A DNA stretch of 64,000 bases, taken from assembly GCA_019058445.1 (NCBI GenBank), contig JAHPZA010000010.1, positions 636,035-700,034 of the forward strand, in the 5' to 3' direction. This DNA is from Promethearchaeota archaeon. GTDB taxonomy: Archaea; Asgardarchaeota; Lokiarchaeia; Sigyniarchaeales; SOKP01. Shown here in pieces: positions 51,583 through 61,141 of the stretch. Positions within the stretch are counted from its first letter, which is position 1; every line of letters begins with the position of its first letter. Under the pieces are notes generated by a model, which was not told the DNA's origin, searched no databases, and saw only the letters and a program-made list of their open reading frames with translations. The position numbers were made by a program, and so were the translations under genes.

Positions 51583-51639
51583 AAGAATATACCTTTTTTT
51601 TGTTATTTTATAAATTACAGTATTTTTTATTAATTTTAT

Positions 51640-52278
51640 TTAAAAATTTTTTATAGCATCATTTATAATCTTTAATCCATTTATGGCGTTGGTTGTCCCA
51701 TAATTTGCCCCGATATCTTTAATCCAATCTTCATTAATAGCAACCCCTCCAACGATGAAAATTAATTTTTCAGTGTCTTTATACTCTTTTTTTATTAATT
51801 CGATGGTCTTTTTCATTGGTTCCTTTGAGGAAGTCAGAAGTCCAGATAAAGCTACAATATTAGGATGATTTATTTTAACCGCTTCCAGAAATTCTGTAGC
51901 AGATACATCAATACCTAGGTCAACCACTTCAAATCCTTCAGATCTCAGTAAAGTAATAATGATATTTTTCCCAATATCATGCATATCACCCTCAACAGTA
52001 CCTATTAAAATTTTTCCTTTAACTTCATCTTGTTTTTTAGTAAAATAAGGTTCCATTAATTTGCTGGCTTCTTTAAAAGTATCTGCAGCAATTATTAAAT
52101 CAGACAGAAAATATTCTTCAGCTTCAAACAAATCACCTATTTTTATGAGAGAGGTTTTTAAATCTTCAAAAATTTCCAACGGATCACGTTTTTCTAACTG
52201 ATCTTTTACCAAATTCAACACGAGATCATCCTCTAATTCTACCATCGCATTTATTAGCTCTTCACGCATAATTTCCAC
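51640..52278 (-). CDS. corrinoid (B12-binding) protein
   Basis: IGDLFEAEEYFLSDL, EGDMHDIGKN, LSGLLT, VGG. Confidence 0.93.
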   Translation of the reverse strand: MEIMREELINAMVELEDDLVLNLVKDQLEKRDPLEIFEDLKTSLIKIGDLFEAEEYFLSDLIIAADTFKEASKLMEPYFTKKQDEVKGKILIGTVEGDMHDIGKNIIITLLRSEGFEVVDLGIDVSATEFLEAVKINHPNIVALSGLLTSSKEPMKKTIELIKKEYKDTEKLIFIVGGVAINEDWIKDIGANYGTTNAINGLKIINDAIKNF

Positions 52279-52284
52279 CTCTTT

Positions 52285-53421
52285 TTATTCCTCTTCGGGA
52301 TTAATTAATTTGTTTTTCGTTTTATATCGACCATATTTATCAGCAAGTTTAATCATCATATCTAATCTTCTTAATGGAGTTCCCCGGTTGATTCCGCCTC
52401 CTGTAGATAACATATAGCCACTGCCTGGACCATAAATTTGAATATTTTCTATGATTTGCTTCTCAACAACCTTGTCATTTGGTTCACGTAACACAACGTC
52501 ACGACCCGGAACTTGCCCCATTAAAGCATATTTATTATCTAAATTAGAAACTATTTCTTTAGTTTTTTTTAAATCTCCCTTTGGAGCCCAATCTTGTCCA
52601 TGAAATATATTATATCCCCAATCACCTATTTGATCGATAAAATGATAGCTTCTATTTTCACTATGATAAAGCATTCCTCCGCACATTGGTTTTAGCGCTT
52701 CGATTAAGTTCTTATGATATGGTGCAAAAAATTCATTAACTAATTTCTTATTTAAAAAACCGCTGACATGATCAGCAATTAAAATTACAGTTGAATAACC
52801 ACCAATTAGTTCTGTCCACTCAGATAAAAATTTTATGGCAAATTCTGTACATTTTTCAAGTAGTTTATGAATAATCTTGGGTTTCTTCCTCATATCGAGA
52901 AGAAATTTATCATAACCATACACTTGACCCGCAATCTCTAAAGGTCCGAATTCACCTATCCCTGCTGGTTTTATCCCTGTTTCCAAGGAATATTCGATTT
53001 TTTTGAGCCAATCTCCTGTCCCAGGTACATCCCATGCTGACTCTGGAATTTTAAATTTTTCTACTTCACTTGTTTGCTTAATGACATGTCCTGCCACAGC
53101 AGGAATTTCATCTTCTGGATCAGAAATTGGGCATCCAAGAGCCTGAGCAGTAGCATATGGCTGATAAATTGAAACTGCACAATATGCCCCGGAAAACCTT
53201 TCTTTAAATCGTTCACCAGTTTCTATTTGAAGATCTACATCTGCTAGGTATTTTTTTACAGGTTTTCCTGCAAAATCAGCCATTAAATCAAATTCGGGAA
53301 AAAATACAACAGGAACTCTATCAGGTTTTAAAAAAGCCATTGCCTTCAGCATTCTTTGAGCAGGATCTAATGTTTTAGCTTTTTTACTCTTTTTTTCCTC
53401 TGACATTTTGAATATTACCAT
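52285..53421 (-). CDS. uroporphyrinogen decarboxylase-family methyltransferase
   Basis: KPDRVPV, GPLEIA, ALMGQV, GPGSGYMLSTGG. Confidence 0.82.
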   Translation of the reverse strand: MVIFKMSEEKKSKKAKTLDPAQRMLKAMAFLKPDRVPVVFFPEFDLMADFAGKPVKKYLADVDLQIETGERFKERFSGAYCAVSIYQPYATAQALGCPISDPEDEIPAVAGHVIKQTSEVEKFKIPESAWDVPGTGDWLKKIEYSLETGIKPAGIGEFGPLEIAGQVYGYDKFLLDMRKKPKIIHKLLEKCTEFAIKFLSEWTELIGGYSTVILIADHVSGFLNKKLVNEFFAPYHKNLIEALKPMCGGMLYHSENRSYHFIDQIGDWGYNIFHGQDWAPKGDLKKTKEIVSNLDNKYALMGQVPGRDVVLREPNDKVVEKQIIENIQIYGPGSGYMLSTGGGINRGTPLRRLDMMIKLADKYGRYKTKNKLINPEEE

Positions 53422-53518
53422 AAATAATGATTTGAATATTAAGAAAAATTGAGTATAAATTAAAAAAATTTAGATAAAACAGCTCAGTTAATAAAAGTTC
53501 GATTTTTTGATATTATTC

Positions 53519-54973
53519 TCAGAAAAAAGGTAAAACCATATTTTTCAAAACATATAATGCTTTTTTCCCAGAAATTGTTTTACAATTAAAAGATTTTGAA
53601 ATGTTTTTGACTTCTAAATTATCTGGAATTTTGTCTTTAACAAAATCCTTAAGAAAATCGTAAAAATCACTAAAATCTCTTTTGGTATCTGTCCATAAAT
53701 AACCATTTTTTTCGATAACATTTTTATTTTTTTTCATAAATTTCTTTGCATGGAATTTATCATTGGTCCGTGGTCCTTTTCTCAGATAAGATGGGGAAAT
53801 CTTTAATTTATCGCAATAAATTACTAAATTATATTCATTGATAGTATCTTCAAAATATACTTCAAATTGAACTCTGCCAAATCGTTTTGTGTGTGAAAAC
53901 TCTCGTTCTCCATTAGCTTTGATTCTATCGCCTAAGGAATATAATTTATCTCGGTTAATTGTATAATGCACTTCTAGGTCTTTATTTTTCAATTCAATTA
54001 TAAACGTATTTGAGAGTATTGGATCGTTTTTATTAGTAAGATCGATTTCTGGAATAGATAAAGGCTTAAAATAATCTTTATGTGGATTTTTCATATATTC
54101 CTTTATACTTTGATTACAATACCTGTAAGCTTTTTCTGAAATTGCTGAAGCTACATTTCTATTCATATCAATCGGATCGATAACAATAAGAAAATCATTC
54201 TTAAAATGTTGGATTTTCTCTAATTCTTTCTTGTTCCTGTCATAATAGTCTAAAGGATTTTGATGCAATGAATCAAAATTTTTGAAAACCGCATGAAGAT
54301 CTCCTAAATAATATATTAATAATTCAGCGGCATATCCAATGAAACCTATTTTCCCTACAGGACTTTTATCTCCATAACTATGGCAGGCTTTGAAAAATTG
54401 TTTTAACAGTCTCACATCATTTTTTTGCTCATCATTAAGATTATCTCTTATAAAACGACCGTGCCAAGGGGATCTATCAACGGCGGTTATGGGACCATTC
54501 CTTTCTATATACTCCAATTCTAAATCAAAATATAGAACAATATCAATTTTTAATTTTATACTCATCGTGATATAATCAACAGTTACATACGGGTGTTCTG
54601 CATACAAGAGACGGGGATGTTGAAACTCCTTCATAGTTAAAGATTTGATAATCCAATTATTACAGAGATCTAAAAAATCTTCCTTTGAAGCTTTTTTCAA
54701 TTTATTTTTACTTAGCCCTTTATATTTATGGGAATACAAATCATAGTTTAGACCGATAAATAAATCAATATCAAAATCATTACGTAATTGAGTCTGTTTA
54801 ATACCAGTTGATCCCTGAGGTTCAATCCTCGTATATTTTAAATCTATTTCACTCGCTTTTTTTTCTAATAAATTTGTTAATTTTTCCACTATCTCATTAA
54901 TTAAATTCAACTCTTGTCTTGTAGGAACTATTTCTTCTAAAACCTCGTCTAAAATTTGATTCATTGAATTCAT
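53519..54973 (-). CDS. cca: archaeal (class I) CCA-adding tRNA nucleotidyltransferase
   Basis: QGS...TQLRNDFDIDLF, YAEHPYV, TAVDRSPWH, VRLLKQF, IDPID..RNVASA. Confidence 0.92.
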   Translation of the reverse strand: MNSMNQILDEVLEEIVPTRQELNLINEIVEKLTNLLEKKASEIDLKYTRIEPQGSTGIKQTQLRNDFDIDLFIGLNYDLYSHKYKGLSKNKLKKASKEDFLDLCNNWIIKSLTMKEFQHPRLLYAEHPYVTVDYITMSIKLKIDIVLYFDLELEYIERNGPITAVDRSPWHGRFIRDNLNDEQKNDVRLLKQFFKACHSYGDKSPVGKIGFIGYAAELLIYYLGDLHAVFKNFDSLHQNPLDYYDRNKKELEKIQHFKNDFLIVIDPIDMNRNVASAISEKAYRYCNQSIKEYMKNPHKDYFKPLSIPEIDLTNKNDPILSNTFIIELKNKDLEVHYTINRDKLYSLGDRIKANGEREFSHTKRFGRVQFEVYFEDTINEYNLVIYCDKLKISPSYLRKGPRTNDKFHAKKFMKKNKNVIEKNGYLWTDTKRDFSDFYDFLKDFVKDKIPDNLEVKNISKSFNCKTISGKKALYVLKNMVLPFF

Positions 54974-55112
54974 ATCTTTAATTCAACTGCTATGATTAAA
55001 GTAAATAGTAATCTTATAATTATTAATTATATTATATTTGGAAACAAGAATATTTAGGTGAAAGTATTTAATTTATTACTAATTTTAATAAAGATTCTAT
55101 AAGAGATAAAAA

Positions 55113-55553
55113 TTAAACAAGTTTTTCTCTAATTGCTGTAGAACTGAGTCTTTGATTATTTTCTCCCATTATCATTGGAATTATGATAATAATTAAAGGT
55201 TTAAATCCATTGGCTTGCCTTACTTCATTTAATTTTAAAGCACTTGAATAAGTTTCTTGACTTGCGATTAATCCTTCGTATTCTGGTTCTTTAATTGGAG
55301 GTCCATATGGATCGTTTAATTCTACAATTTTCACTCTGTCCAATTCAGTTATACTACCAATAAATTTTTCAAGTTTTTTTTTTCTTGTTTGATAATCTTC
55401 TAATTTTGAGGCAAATTTTTTCCCTTTGAGCATCTTCTGAGATGTTAATCCTATGACTACTTGTTTGGAAATAGATAAAGCTGTTTTAATCAAAAATTTG
55501 TGACCATCGTGAAGATGATCAAAAGTTCCACCCATTCCAATCAAATTAAGCAT
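55113..55553 (-). CDS. coaD: phosphopantetheine adenylyltransferase, archaeal/eukaryotic type
   Basis: GGTFDHLHDGH, LNDPYGP, SQET, LSSTAIR. Confidence 0.9.
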   Translation of the reverse strand: MLNLIGMGGTFDHLHDGHKFLIKTALSISKQVVIGLTSQKMLKGKKFASKLEDYQTRKKKLEKFIGSITELDRVKIVELNDPYGPPIKEPEYEGLIASQETYSSALKLNEVRQANGFKPLIIIIIPMIMGENNQRLSSTAIREKLV

Positions 55554-55606
55554 CCTGTCATCACATTAGAAGATAATTATTATTAATCATCATATTTAGC
55601 ATTTAA

Positions 55607-57412
55607 TTACATGCCCCACCACGGATGTTGGGTAGCACGCATCAGTTTAATAAATTCTCGCAATACATCTTTTTGATCTGAGGTAAGTTCATTTAAGAAT
55701 TTGGCCATTAATTGCCTCACGTGTGATTCCGGCACATTAACATATAAGATTTCATCTTTTCCTATATCACGCCCTATTTCAATACCCCGGATAGAAATCG
55801 CTACTTCACTATCCTTTTCCGCCTTTTCTAAGCTTTGCCCTTTATCTTGGAGTTGATGTACCCTCCCGACTCTCTTACCTTTATCAGTAATTACCGAAAC
55901 TTTTGGTTTTAAAGTGCCACCCTCAACGCTTACGCCAAACACCGCGGGATTAGAATTTCTAAAAATGTATTCTGGGAACATCTTAAGCTTAGCAGGTAAA
56001 GTTAATTCCCCTAATTCTTTAGCCGTATCTTCTGATCTGCGGGTTTCTGAATATTCTATGTAATCTTCTAACAATCTATAAATGACGTTATTCGTGAAAA
56101 TACGAATATTATCATTATACGCTTGTTCTTCCGCTTCCGGTAGGATGGGAACATTAAACCCTAATACTACCGCAGAATACGGATCAAAATCTCTTACGAT
56201 ATAAGCATTTAACACATCTTCTTTCTTAATTGGACCTACATCTGCTATACTAATTTTCACACCACTCTGAGAGAAGTGGTTTTCTAATGCCTCAAGTGAT
56301 CCCAAAGCATCGGCTTTTAGTACAACTCCGGCTTTGTCGGTTTTAATTCTTATACTCTCAACTTCTGATAAAATTTCTTCATACACACTTTCTTCTTCGG
56401 ATGGAGCTCCAATTCCTTTAATGGGAGATCCTGCGACTACATCCTCTATATTAGGAGCAAGAATCTTAATACCTGCTGCGGCACTTACGAAATCCTTAGA
56501 ATCGAATTTTTGCCTTGGGTCTCTAATTTCATCTAAAGGTTTGGGTGAAAGAAGAGCCCTAACTTTTGATTTAATTGGTTTTTCTAAACCACCAACGATA
56601 AATTCATCGCCTTTTTTCAGTACTCCGTCATAAATTAACACATCCATCGTTTTTCCATAACCTTTTTCTTTTTTTACCTCTAGCACTACTCCTTTAGCAG
56701 GTCCTTCTGAAAATTTTAAATTTTCTGTAAGATATTGCTGTGTTAAACCCATTAAAACCATAAAAAGAGTTGATATCCCTTCACCAGTTTTAGCGCTGGT
56801 GGGAACTATGGCAATTTTTTTTGTAAAATCTTTAATTTTATCATATCGATCAATTCCTTTGAAGCCTTCTTCAAGAAAATTGCCCACAATTTGCAGAAGC
56901 TTCTCATCTAAAAAATCCTTAACATGCGGTTTTTGCTTATTATAACTATCAAGAAAGTCAGCATCTTTCGTTGGTTTCCAACCAGATATTCGATCAATTT
57001 TATTTGCTGCAATCACAAAGGGCGTTCGCTTTTCTCTTAATATTCGTACAGATTCCCAGGTAATTGGCATTGTTCCAGCCGTTACATCGATTACTAAAAT
57101 TGCAATATCTGCCACCGCGCCACCTCTCCTTCTGAGATTCATAAACGCTGCATGACCGGGAGTATCAACAATTAATATTCCAGGAAGTTTTATTTCTTTA
57201 TCAGCAAATTCTTGTTTAGATTTTCTTAAAAACTCTTTAATATCTTCTGTTGGAAAATATGATGCTCCAATATGTTGGGTAATCCCAGCGGCTTCTCTCT
57301 GTTGTACTACAGTACCTCGAATATAATCTAATAGAGATGTTTTACCATGATCTATATGACCCAAAATGCACGCAATGGGAGCTCTAATTATTTTTTCATC
57401 ACTACTTGCCAT
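55607..57412 (-). CDS. infB: translation initiation factor aIF5B (IF-2)
   Basis: IRAPI..ILGHIDHGKT, EAAGITQHIGA, DTPGH, NKID, KADALGSLEAL. Confidence 0.96.
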   Translation of the reverse strand: MASSDEKIIRAPIACILGHIDHGKTSLLDYIRGTVVQQREAAGITQHIGASYFPTEDIKEFLRKSKQEFADKEIKLPGILIVDTPGHAAFMNLRRRGGAVADIAILVIDVTAGTMPITWESVRILREKRTPFVIAANKIDRISGWKPTKDADFLDSYNKQKPHVKDFLDEKLLQIVGNFLEEGFKGIDRYDKIKDFTKKIAIVPTSAKTGEGISTLFMVLMGLTQQYLTENLKFSEGPAKGVVLEVKKEKGYGKTMDVLIYDGVLKKGDEFIVGGLEKPIKSKVRALLSPKPLDEIRDPRQKFDSKDFVSAAAGIKILAPNIEDVVAGSPIKGIGAPSEEESVYEEILSEVESIRIKTDKAGVVLKADALGSLEALENHFSQSGVKISIADVGPIKKEDVLNAYIVRDFDPYSAVVLGFNVPILPEAEEQAYNDNIRIFTNNVIYRLLEDYIEYSETRRSEDTAKELGELTLPAKLKMFPEYIFRNSNPAVFGVSVEGGTLKPKVSVITDKGKRVGRVHQLQDKGQSLEKAEKDSEVAISIRGIEIGRDIGKDEILYVNVPESHVRQLMAKFLNELTSDQKDVLREFIKLMRATQHPWWGM

Positions 57413-57514
57413 TTTTCACCACGATTCAAATATGTTTCTATAAGGCAATGATTCTTCAAACTATAAGTAAAAAAAGTTACCAAAAGATTAGAATGTTTTT
57501 CTAATATTGAAAAA

Positions 57515-60394
57515 TTAATTATGATTGAGATATTTTTTTAGATATTTTGCGGTATAGGATTTCTTATTTTTATTGTTATTAATGATTTCTTCGGGACTTC
57601 CCATAATCACCACCTCACCACCTTTTTCTCCACCTTCAGGGCCTAAATCAATTATATAATCTACTGATTTAATTATTTCCATGTTATGTTCGATTATTAT
57701 TACAGTATTTCCCTTATCTACTAATCGCTGAAGTACTTTTAGCAAAATTTTAATATCATACGCACTTAAACCAGTTGTCGGCTCATCTAAAATATATAAG
57801 GTATTGCCAGTACTTGTCTTTCTCAATTCTCGAGCGATTTTTAATCTCTGAGATTCTCCGCCGCTTAGAGTGGTTGAAGATTGACCTAATTCTAAATATC
57901 CTAATCCTACATCTACTACTGTTTGTAAAGTGCTCTTAAGTTTAGGAAAGCTGTCAAAAAATTCTGATGCTCGGTCAAATGTCATTCTTAATATATCTGA
58001 AATATTTTTATCTTTATATTTAATATCTAGGGTTTCCGCATTATACCGATGACCTTTACACAAATCGCACTTGATATACACATCCGGTAAAAAATACATT
58101 TCTTTTAGGATATATCCTGTACCTCTGCATTTTTTGCAGTGCCCTGCTTTGGTATTGAAGCTAAACCTGCCTTTTTTATACCCTCGTTCTCGCGATTCGG
58201 GTAGAGAGGCAAAAATATCTCTTATATAATCCATTGCTTTCGTATATGTTGCGGGTACAGATCTTGGAGTTCTCCCTATTGGAGATTGATCTATATCTAT
58301 TATTTTATCAATGTTCTTATGTCCATTTATTTTGTCAAAATCTCCTGTAATCAGCTTAGAACTCCGTGTATTAACAAGATTATGGAGTCCTTTAAATAAA
58401 CAATCGATAATGAGACTAGTCTTTCCCGCGCCTGATACACCTGTAATACACGTAAAAACACTTAATGGAATTTTTAAACTGATATTTTTTAAATTATTTT
58501 CTCTTGCGCCTTTAATTTCAATATAATTTTCTCCAAGATTTCTTCTTTTTTTAGGAACATCGATTTTTTCTTTCCCAGATAAATATTTTCCAGTCAGAGA
58601 ATTAGAGCTAATAATTTTTTCTAAAGGCCCTTCAGCTACTATTTCCCCACCATTTTCACCTGCTAAGGGTCCTAAATCTAATATATGATCTGCATTTCTA
58701 ATAACTTCTTCGTCATGCTCTACAACTAATACAGTATTACCTAAATCCCTCAATTTTTTTAACATATTAACCAAGCGAGAGATGTCTCTTTGATGTAATC
58801 CAACCGTAGGTTCATCTAAAACATATAAAACGCCTACTAAAGTTGATCCTAGTTGAGTAGCAAGTCGTATTCTTTCAGCTTCTCCAACAGATAATGTATC
58901 TGATCTTCTGCTCAGCTGAATGTAATCTAATCCTACATTTTCTAAAAAGGATAATCTATCTTTAATTTCTTTTAAAACTTCCTTAACTATTTTAAATTCT
59001 GTCTCATTTAATTCCAAATTTTCAAAAAATTTAATACAATTAGTAACTGATAAGTCTGAAAGCTGCGCAATATTTAAATTGTTAATAGTCACAGCCCTGC
59101 TTTCAGGCTTTAATCTTTGACCATCGCATTCTGGACAATTTGCTTTATTCATAAAGCTTTCGTAAATTTCCCGACCAGCTTCAGATTTAGTTTCCATATA
59201 TCTTCGATGAAGCATCGGAATTACTCCTTCAAATGGTTTAGTTATATGAAAAGATGCTTTTCTATCATTTTTTTGATATTTAAAGTTATTATTTTCACTT
59301 TTATAGTGAAATTCAATCGATTCGTTCCCTGATCCAAACAATAACTTCTGCAACATTTTTGGATCAATATTTTTAATGGGAGTTTTATTTATATCGAAAC
59401 CATAATGCTTCGCAACTTGTTTGAGCATTTGCCATGAGTACCCGGTTGTAGTTCCAAAACCCGGAATATTCCTAATTTCGCTTTCTTGAAGGGGAACATC
59501 TAAATCATAACCTAAAATTAACCCATAATCAAATTCCATAACGCTTCCTAAACCATTACAATATTTACAGCTTCCATGAGGTATGTTAAATGAAAACATC
59601 TTGTGGTCTAATTGCGGAATAGAAATACCACAATCTATACAAGCATAATGTTCAGAAAATATTTGCTCATCTTTTCCTAATATTTCCACAGCTACTATGC
59701 CTTCAGTTAAATCTAAGGCAGTTTCAATAGAATCTGCTAATCTTGTTTTAATATCTTTGCGCATAACTAAACGGTCCACTATTACATTTATAGTATGTTT
59801 GATATTTTTATCCATCGAGATATCTTCATCAAGAGTATATTGGATTCCATCAATTTCTACTCTGACAAATCCCTGTTTTTTTAAATCTTGTAAAAGATCT
59901 TTGTATTCGCCTTTTCGATCCCTTATAATAGGAGCTTTTATTACAAATTTTTGATTTTCCTCTATTGAACTTAACACTTGTTCTATTATTTGTTGAGGTG
60001 TCTGAGGTTTTATTTCTTTTCCACAATTAGGGCAATGAGGAATCCCAATATTTGCAAATAATAACCTATAATAGTCATAAATTTCTGTGACCGTTCCTAC
60101 TGTACTCCTGGGATTTTTTGATAACGGTTTTTGTTCAATAGCTATTGCGGGAGATAATCCTTCAATAGAATCAACGTCAGGCTTGTCCATTTCTCCTAAG
60201 AATTGTCTTGCATAGCTAGAGAGGGATTCCAAAAAGCGCCTCTGTCCCTCAGCATAAAGGGTATCCATGGCTAATGAACTCTTTCCACTACCGCTTACAC
60301 CTGTTATAACTACCAACTTATTTCGAGGTATTATTACATCAATGTTCTTTAAATTATTCTGTCTAGCTCCTTTAATCACAATATTATCTGACAT
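57515..60394 (-). CDS. uvrA: excinuclease ABC subunit A
   Basis: GARQNNLKN, GVSGSGKSS, two ABC modules, zinc fingers. Confidence 0.97.
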   Translation of the reverse strand: MSDNIVIKGARQNNLKNIDVIIPRNKLVVITGVSGSGKSSLAMDTLYAEGQRRFLESLSSYARQFLGEMDKPDVDSIEGLSPAIAIEQKPLSKNPRSTVGTVTEIYDYYRLLFANIGIPHCPNCGKEIKPQTPQQIIEQVLSSIEENQKFVIKAPIIRDRKGEYKDLLQDLKKQGFVRVEIDGIQYTLDEDISMDKNIKHTINVIVDRLVMRKDIKTRLADSIETALDLTEGIVAVEILGKDEQIFSEHYACIDCGISIPQLDHKMFSFNIPHGSCKYCNGLGSVMEFDYGLILGYDLDVPLQESEIRNIPGFGTTTGYSWQMLKQVAKHYGFDINKTPIKNIDPKMLQKLLFGSGNESIEFHYKSENNNFKYQKNDRKASFHITKPFEGVIPMLHRRYMETKSEAGREIYESFMNKANCPECDGQRLKPESRAVTINNLNIAQLSDLSVTNCIKFFENLELNETEFKIVKEVLKEIKDRLSFLENVGLDYIQLSRRSDTLSVGEAERIRLATQLGSTLVGVLYVLDEPTVGLHQRDISRLVNMLKKLRDLGNTVLVVEHDEEVIRNADHILDLGPLAGENGGEIVAEGPLEKIISSNSLTGKYLSGKEKIDVPKKRRNLGENYIEIKGARENNLKNISLKIPLSVFTCITGVSGAGKTSLIIDCLFKGLHNLVNTRSSKLITGDFDKINGHKNIDKIIDIDQSPIGRTPRSVPATYTKAMDYIRDIFASLPESRERGYKKGRFSFNTKAGHCKKCRGTGYILKEMYFLPDVYIKCDLCKGHRYNAETLDIKYKDKNISDILRMTFDRASEFFDSFPKLKSTLQTVVDVGLGYLELGQSSTTLSGGESQRLKIARELRKTSTGNTLYILDEPTTGLSAYDIKILLKVLQRLVDKGNTVIIIEHNMEIIKSVDYIIDLGPEGGEKGGEVVIMGSPEEIINNNKNKKSYTAKYLKKYLNHN

Positions 60395-60585
60395 ATTTCA
60401 ATAATTAATAATGAGAAAAACATTAAAAAGAGATTTAATGTTAAATATAAGGTTAAGTGAATATTCTTTAAAAACTATAAGATAGTGTTAGATTAATAAA
60501 AAACATCTGTTAAGTCGCTTAAAAGATCATTTCTTGGTAAATTCTTTGCTAAACAAAATCTAATGGACTTGAAAATTGGCATATT

Positions 60586-60849
60586 TTAATCAACCTGCAA
60601 CTCTTCGGGTGGTTTTCGTCCTAAATTAGCAAAAGCTTCCATCTGAGTAAGCCAAATTTTATATGTGATTGTAATTTCGCCACCTTCCGTCATTATCACT
60701 ATAGCTTTTCCCAGACGCTCTAGATATTCCTCAAGTTTGCCCTTTTTCACCTCAATAACTTGCAAGGCTCTGCTACCCTCTAAGGTCATTGTATAAGCAT
60801 TCACTTTCATCTCTCCGAGTGATTTATCTGGAGGATATTTTTTCCTCAT
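60586..60849 (-). CDS. small hypothetical protein, possibly N-terminally eroded
   Basis: 87-aa ORF; upstream sequence has stops in the same frame. Confidence 0.45.
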   Translation of the reverse strand: MRKKYPPDKSLGEMKVNAYTMTLEGSRALQVIEVKKGKLEEYLERLGKAIVIMTEGGEITITYKIWLTQMEAFANLGRKPPEELQVD

Positions 60850-61141
60850 TTTAATCTAAAATCAGATTTTAATACTCTGATATGGTATTTTTAATAAGAA
60901 ATATCATACTTTTGATCTTTTGTTTTAAATGGGTAATTTTTTATTTTTTGCTTTGTTATTTAAACAATAGTTTATTTAAATAAACGTCGATTATAATCAT
61001 TCATTAGTTAATTAATACGTACTAAGAAGATTTAAGGAGTTCTAAGACACATGATTCTCATCGCAAGAAGAGAATGCAAGCTGGAAAAAAGAAAGCGAAA
61101 GGAGGCGTGCAATAATCGTTTCGTGCAATAATCCCAACCCT

